Source: the human T2T-CHM13v2.0 reference genome, Homo sapiens
DNA length: 64,000 nucleotides
Direction: 5' to 3' (one strand)
Assembly: GCF_009914755.1 (NCBI RefSeq)
Contig: NC_060934.1
Notes under the pieces: model-generated
Database searches by the model: none
Seen by the model: only the letters and a program-made list of their open reading frames with translations
Told to the model about the DNA's origin: nothing
Shown: positions 56,805-64,000 of the stretch, piece after piece
How the letters are laid out: each line of letters starts with the position of its first letter
How positions within the stretch are numbered: the stretch's first letter is position 1
Position numbers and translations under genes: made by a program

Positions 56805-57338
56805 CCTCCCTTTTCTCCACATCCTCACCAACACCTGTTATTTTCTTTTCTTTTTTTTTTTAATAACAGCCATTCTGACTGGTGTCATACGACATCTCAT
56901 TGTGGTTTTAGTTTGCATTTATCTGATAATTGGTGATGCTGAACATTTTTTCATATGCTTTTTGGTCATTTGTGTGTCTTCTCTTAAAAAACGTCCGTCC
57001 ACGTCCATTGCCCACTTTTCAATGGGATTATTTTGTTGTTGTTGTTGAGTTGTTTGAGTTCCTTGTAAATTCTGGATATTAGTGCCCTATTAGATGCATA
57101 GAGTACAAGTATTGTCTCCCATTCTGCAGGTTGTCTGTTCACTCTGCTGATTATTTATTTTGCTGAACAGAAGTTTTTTATCTATTTTTGGTTTTGTTGC
57201 CTGTGCTTTTGAGGTCTTACTCATAAATTCTTTCCCTAGACCAATGTCCAAGAGAGTTTTCCCTAGCTTTTCTTCTAGTATTTTTATAGCTTGAAGTCTT
57301 ACATATAAATCTTTAATCCATCCTGAGTCAATTTTCAT
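56805..57338 (-). mobile_element. L1 (L1PB/MA) ORF2 C-terminal fragment
   Basis: ORF 57090-57338 SGWIKDLYVRLQAIKILEEKLGKTLLDIGLGKEFMSKTSKAQATKPKIDK matches L1 ORF2p. Confidence 0.93.
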
Positions 57339-58689
57339 AGAGGGAAAGTTTCAGGGACCAATTAAGTCATAGGATGGAACCGAGAAGACTGTCTGCAGAA
57401 CCACTAAATGGGAGAGAAGGTGAAGAAAGCAATAGCCCAGAGTAAAACCAAACATAGAAGGAACTGATTGAAGGTGAGAAGAGAAAATGGAGCCCATATT
57501 GAAAGGGTAGTAGCTCAGGTGGTCTCAGCAGTGAGAGAGGATGAGAGATTTGAACTGGTGCCACTGAAGTTAGGATGACTGAGGCCAAGTCTGAGCACCA
57601 GAGGTTTAAATTTGTGTACCTGCGGATTTTTGCCAGATAAGGCCAGATTCCCAAAGGAAACAAGGTGCCTGGACATTGACTTGGTCTAACGTTCATTCTC
57701 CAATGACCTATTGGCGAACACCCAAAGGGTAAAGGAAGAAATGGGAAGATGATTTTTCTAACAGTGGACAATTAGAGACAAGTACACAGTCACAAACCTG
57801 AACATGTTGGCCATTTACATTTTTGCTATATCTTTAGATATTTACTTAACTTAAAATTGTTTCTGATGATCAGTCAGAAAGGGAATAAATAAAAGACAAT
57901 CTTTACTTCCTCTAACTTGTCAATTCCTTGAATTTGTTATTATTCCATCTAGGCCTAGATAAATAATACCTGTAATCAGAATGTTTCCTTTGGGGTAATT
58001 TCAAAAATTCCATAAAAATAGAGCAATTGTAACACAGCTCAAAAACACTGAAAGTTTCTTAAATTGGCATCAGTATCCAAGTGTTTGACAAACTGAATTT
58101 TCTTCCTGCTTTGGACCGGAAAGTTGGGTGGTCTATGAAGACCCTGTCATTTTCCGTGAACGTTAGGAACAACCATTCAATTTTCTGCTTTCTCTTAAAT
58201 GTGATTTGTGGCTGTCTCTTTACTATATACCTCAGTGAAATCAAATAACCCTAATTTAGATAAATATACTAGCCTAGACCATGATTTTCACTGGAACTGA
58301 AGATAGACTATTCTATATTATTATTTGAAGATGTGAAACGGCACATGTAAACAAAATGTGCATCCTAAGTGTTGCACAGTGAGAAACGACACTGTATTCA
58401 CAGCAGAGGACATTCTGGTTTCCCGGTAAAAAGACTGCATTTTAAGGACTCGAGTCACACAGAGTCTGCTGCTTGCATAAATTTTTCAGTACCCAAATGG
58501 TGGTAAAAAAGGAATAATCTGGACATTTACAAGGTGGCTCTGGACATTTCTTATTTAACTAGATTTTCTTTTCTTACAGCCTAGGAATAGGAAAGTTAAT
58601 TGCGTTCTAAACTGGGCTGTATTCCAGTGGGGTGAGAGGTCATGACTTCTCTAACATTTGTCATATAAACCACAGAAAAGGATACACTA

Positions 58690-58985
58690 GGCCAGGCGAG
58701 ATGGCTCACGCCTGTAATCCCAGCCAGGAAAAGCAGATTATTTGAGACCAAGAGTTCGAGACCAGCCTGACCAATGTGGTGAAACCCTATCTCTACTAAA
58801 AATACAAAAGTTAGCCGAGCGTGGTGGCACATACCTGTAATCCCAGCTACTCGGGAGGCTGAGGCGGGAGAATCACTTGAACCCAGGAGGCGAAGGTTGC
58901 AGTGAGCCAAGATCTCACCACAGCACTCCAGTCCAGATGACAAAACGAGACTCTGTTTCCAAAAAAGAAAAAAAAAAAAAAAAAG
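58690..58985 (+). mobile_element. AluS with small left-arm deletion
   Basis: Sense Alu with poly-A tail. Confidence 0.94.
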
Positions 58986-61734
58986 GAAAGCGTACCCTGA
59001 GATAGCTTTATTATTAGAGGATATAGTGGGAAATGGACTAATTTCTATAGGTTTGGAACAAATTAAAATAAGAGCACTTCTTTTGGCAGATAAAAGTAAG
59101 CCAAAGTTTCAGGTAATGATGATATAATATAAAAGCGCCTTCTAAAATGGAAAGTCTTTACCGGCAAGATAAAACATAAAGTGTTTTTTATTCGTTGAAA
59201 TTGTTTTTCTCTATTATTGGACAATGAACAACCTGTGCTTTGGAGAATCTTTTGTTGGTAGATAGAGAAGACTAGTGCTCAGGAGGTTTTATTGGAGAGA
59301 TCCAGGAAACCATTTCCTCTATATGACAATGTGCCCCTATCACAAATGCCTCAAAATCCACAGCTGGAAATATTCAAGCCAGCAAACAGCTAGTGAATGG
59401 CACAGCTGCACACTGAGGTAGGACTCTGCATGTCCTCTCTCAGCAGCCACCAAGACTAGAACGGACGCTCACTAGACAGCCCACAGGGGAGAGCTGCCAT
59501 CTCAGCTGCAGAGGTCTCTCAGGACAACACACTGAGCTGCAGCTTCTAATGAGCAAATCGATGGCTTTCCTGACAAAACTGGACAGACGTCTTATGGGGG
59601 ACGGTGAAGGGGTCCAGTGTCGTCGGCCACAAGAGATTGTTTCCACAGTCTCCTGCTTTATCCTAATATTTCTGCCAAACTTGCATTCTAACTAATAATA
59701 TAACTTTTTAATTATTAAAAATGTATATATTCTCTAAAACCTCAAGTAAATTTGATTCTCAGAGATGAGATATATCTCTTTTTTTCCACAGTTACATTTC
59801 TTTTTTTAAAAGGAAACCCATTACCCCTTGATTTTCCAAAATTATCATGATGAAATCGAAATCTATAAATGTATAGGTGCTAAGTGAACGTGTATATGTA
59901 CAATCTCCAAAGAAAAAAATAAAGTTCTTAAAGGACTGAAATAAGCAAAGCATGTTCTTAGTTTCCTGCCTGTTCCATTCTGAACCGAAAACCCCAGTCA
60001 ACTTCTTTTCTTACGAATTTCGCTGAATCTGGCTTGAATGGACATTTCTCTTCTGAATGAAGACTTCGACGGTGGATGAGTCAGCATTTCATGTGACTAA
60101 TTGAATGCCACTTAGCAGACACGGGGGTTCAGAATAACAATGTCTCGCAATCAGCGCGCTACTCCAAACTCAAAATCCATTTCGGAGAGCAAGTTGTACG
60201 CGCGCGACACTCAGCAGGCAGAGAAACCATCAGCCGCCATCACCACCGGCACATCGTCTGCTTCCTAATTACACCTTAATTAGATCAGGGATAATCACCT
60301 TGATTTCTATTATTATTGCTGAATCTTAGAATCATAATGTTAGAAGGAAATTTCATGCTCATCAATTTTAACATCCTTATTCAGAGAAGGTAAGAGAGAC
60401 CAGGGAGTTTAAGTGACCTGTCCAAGTTAAGATTGCACAGATATTTATTAATACGACTTAAATTAATTAGATCCCTAAATAATGAATGTACTTAATTGGG
60501 AACCAGCATTTTGACTGTAGACTATCCACAAGCACCTATGTATTGGCCTGTGCAGAGGGAACACCAGCGATTTTCTGTTTTTCTGGCATGCTCCCATCAT
60601 GCACCGTCTGGTCCCTCAAATTGCTATTTATGCGCTTCTTTCTATTTTAATCCTGCGCACTTCTATTGCAGGGTAGGCTCAGCGAACAGCCGTGCCTCTA
60701 TTGCATGTTTTACTCTCGGAGTCTCTGTGCAGCGCCTTAACCCTGATGGAAACTTAAGAATCCTGCGTTCAATGAATAGTGAACTCTGTGGTTGTGACAT
60801 CAGCTCTGGGTCCCAGTCTACATTCCGTGGCAGCCTGGCTCCAACATCCCAGGGAATTGTGTCACTCCCATTGAGCAGCTGTGGGGGCCTCTCCCACATG
60901 GCCCAGGTCCACCACTCTGTCAAAGGTCGCACAGCCCAGACAAAAACAGGACACAGCAGTGTGTGAATGAGCCGGGCTTTCTCCTTCCCTCCACGTAATA
61001 GAAGGTGCCTGAGGTTGTTGAAACACAGTCCATTTCTCCTGGGAATGACAAGAATTTGAGGGATGCTGACTTTCAAGGAATACTGCATGACAGGCATCAA
61101 GATAAACCTGATGAAGAAAACATAGGCCAGAATCTGGGAATCGGGAGCAAAGTAATACAGCTTCGGGGACAGGCACGTAATGAGGTCATGATGTAGGAGA
61201 CTCCCTGCAGGACTGGCGGCCCCTGTTCCCTGGGTTGTTCTGGCTCTTTCAGGTGAGAGAGAAGGATACAGACAGGAAATGGCACTTCCTAGAAGGGCAA
61301 CCCTCTGTTCCTGGGGTGTGTGGCATCTTCCAGCGTTGGGTCTGAGGTTCTAGGTAAGCCTTTACCTCAAAGACAGCCACATATTGCTTTCTCAGTGAGG
61401 CCTCCCACGAGGCTGAGAACTGCAATGATTTTTGCAAATATGTCAGTCATTTGGATGGTATTTTAACAGGCTGTTAGTGGAGGGTAGGTAAACCAATGTC
61501 TAAATGAAAAGGGAAACTCTTGCTGCTATTTTTAAAGAGATGTTTCCTGAACAGATTCTGCCCGGCTTGCCCAGGAGGGCTAGCCTGGATCCACGCTCCT
61601 CAACCTGCTCCTCCTCAGTAAAAATGTTGAGAGAGGTGTATTTTTTTTATGATTGGCCATATGGCTCTATTAAGTTCAGAATCAAAGATATATTTTTTGA
61701 CTTATCCATAAGAAGCATAAGAAATTTAAATAGG

Positions 61735-62089
<355 letters not shown>

Positions 62090-64000
62090 TTAGGTGTTTT
62101 AGGTTAAGACTCTGTCCATTTTGCATAAAAAAGGTTCACCTGAGTGTTTTATTGTAGGTAAAATCTTTTTTTTCAGTAGCAAAATATTTAACGGGGTGGG
62201 ACAATATTATCATGGATTTCTTTTGTTTAATCTGAAAACATAGTTTCACCCTTGCTACCATGATACTTCAGTCCATGCTAGATAGTTAGAAATGGCCAGT
62301 GCAGAAACATCTTCTCAGGATGCCTTTGGCTTGAGATCTCTCCAGTGAGTCAGTTTTCATGCTGATCATTTTCAACTTTCTCTTTCTCATCTAATTAGTT
62401 TTACTCAAACATTAATATCAATCCTAGCCACTAGACAAACACAATTTGGTACAATGTAGACCTTGATGATTGAAAATATATTAATTTCTCAAATGTTGAG
62501 CTCTCCTTGGTTATTAGGATTCAATTCATTAAGCTGGCAGCCACCTCCATAGGCTTTCTGAATGGACTAGCCACGAGATAACATGTGCGTCCTGAGGTAG
62601 GAGATGGGGAGACATTGGGGTAGTTACAGAAAAGAGGTCAGCTACCTTCAACAGATGCATCCAGACTTTCAACAGCAAGTTAACTCACTCTGGGACATAC
62701 CAAGAGCCTTTGAGGGGCTGCAGAAGTAAACTCAGATACAGGAACACCGAGTGGGATAGGTGGGAATGAATGGCTATGGCAGTGCATTTATGGCTTCAGT
62801 GCAGGGACGCAAACACAGGAAGAGCCCCCATGGCCCTCGCTGGGAAAGACGGGCTCACTCGTTGCACGTGAGCACTGCAGACCAACAGCATCACAGAAAG
62901 GAGGCTCTCCTGCCGTACTTGTGACTCATGTCTTAAAGATACCCCAAGAGAATTGAACAAAGCTCTATCGTGAGATCCTTCTGAGGAGAGAATAAAAAGG
63001 AAATATGTATTTTACTTTTGTACATGGAATTTCCTTTTAATTAAAATCCTTGGTGATTTTAAAATATCAGGTTCCTAGGAGGGTGGCTGTGCGTGACTCG
63101 GCTCACGCTGCTGCCGTGGGCTCCTGGGCGCTGGAAGAGCACTCTCAGGTGAAACATCTGAGAGCCGAAGGTTCCAATCCCAATCATTTTTTGTTTTGTG
63201 CAGCCCATGGCTCTGCCTTTAGTCCTTGTTCACGTCTCAAAATGGATAATGAGTGGCTTTCCTCTTCATTCATTTATAGCAAAGATGTAATAAATTATTG
63301 AAATCGGGGGAACTGTACCACTTCATTTGCACTCCCCAGGGGCAGGTGCTAGGTGCTGAAAGTACACAAGCATTTTCTTATTGTATTCACATGAAGCATT
63401 TGTCATTCTCTGTAAGTACACATTGGAGGAGACATTGCTGCTAATTCCGTATTGAAGTGGGTAATACCACCAATGACCAAGTAACCTCGGCAAAGCAGAG
63501 ACAGCTAGAGCGGGAAGAGTCTTCTCTTCTTGGAAGGAATTTGCAAGGAAGACAGGTCCAAAATGAAGATGAGGAAACGGCCTGCATTTCTGAGGGGTTT
63601 ATTTGCTTTTTTTTTTTTTGTTTTAAATCATTGCTGGTTCTACAGGTTTCCCTGTTGGAATTGCCCTTTGGGACTCTCAGGTCTGGATAGTTCTCTGAGG
63701 CTGATGAGCCTGCTGGGTGGTGGCAGCCTGGTGCCCCTGGTGCAGGCAGCCAAAGAACTGGAATCTGACTCAGGGGCAGAGAAATGGGTTAGTGGGTGAA
63801 CCCAACATCTCTGCTCACTGTTGGTCCTTGAAGCTTTTCTTCATCTCATCATGGGGACCTCAACAAGGAAGGTGCCCAAGGCAAGGATGGTGGTGGGGGA
63901 CCTGAGTGCCATCCCCACTTCTGGATCCAGTGTTCAAACACCCACAGTGGTGACATCATCTCTGCATCTGTACAGTGCACAGGGTGTGTGGTTAGAGCAG

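Noticed and set aside
57090-57338. L1 ORF2-like ORF as a gene
   Set aside because: It is a short frameshifted fragment of a dead L1.
60496-61196. Overlapping 100-156 aa ORFs on both strands
   Set aside because: No recognisable homology or coding bias; consistent with chance.

Overview
This is hominoid (most likely human) non-coding genomic DNA, not prokaryotic. It holds about 21 Alu copies or fragments (AluJ, AluS, AluY and one AluYe5-like), solo LTRs (LTR8A, MER4A1, three THE1, two MLT2, MLT1A, MLT1I/J), L1/L2/L3/MIR relics, hAT DNA-transposon relics (Zaphod-like, MER30, MER20, MER102-like), microsatellites and a 7 x 37 bp minisatellite. I recognise no protein-coding gene, RNA gene or CRISPR array. 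The ORF track is explained by repeats, low complexity or chance, so the window looks intergenic or deep intronic and I cannot name the locus. I found no evidence of a new multi-gene system. The most notable observations are a cluster of unusual structures at 47.3-49.4 kb (CTCF-like motif, AGATCT palindromic repeat, 37-bp VNTR, 45-bp direct repeat, 570-bp pyrimidine tract), an old L1 fragment captured inside an AluJ, a fold-back hairpin in an Alu, a readable hAT transposase relic, candidate enhancers (RFX X-box, CpG-rich patches) and several exon-like units that may belong to a lncRNA. Repeat subfamilies were assigned by eye from remembered consensus sequences and need confirming with RepeatMasker/Dfam.
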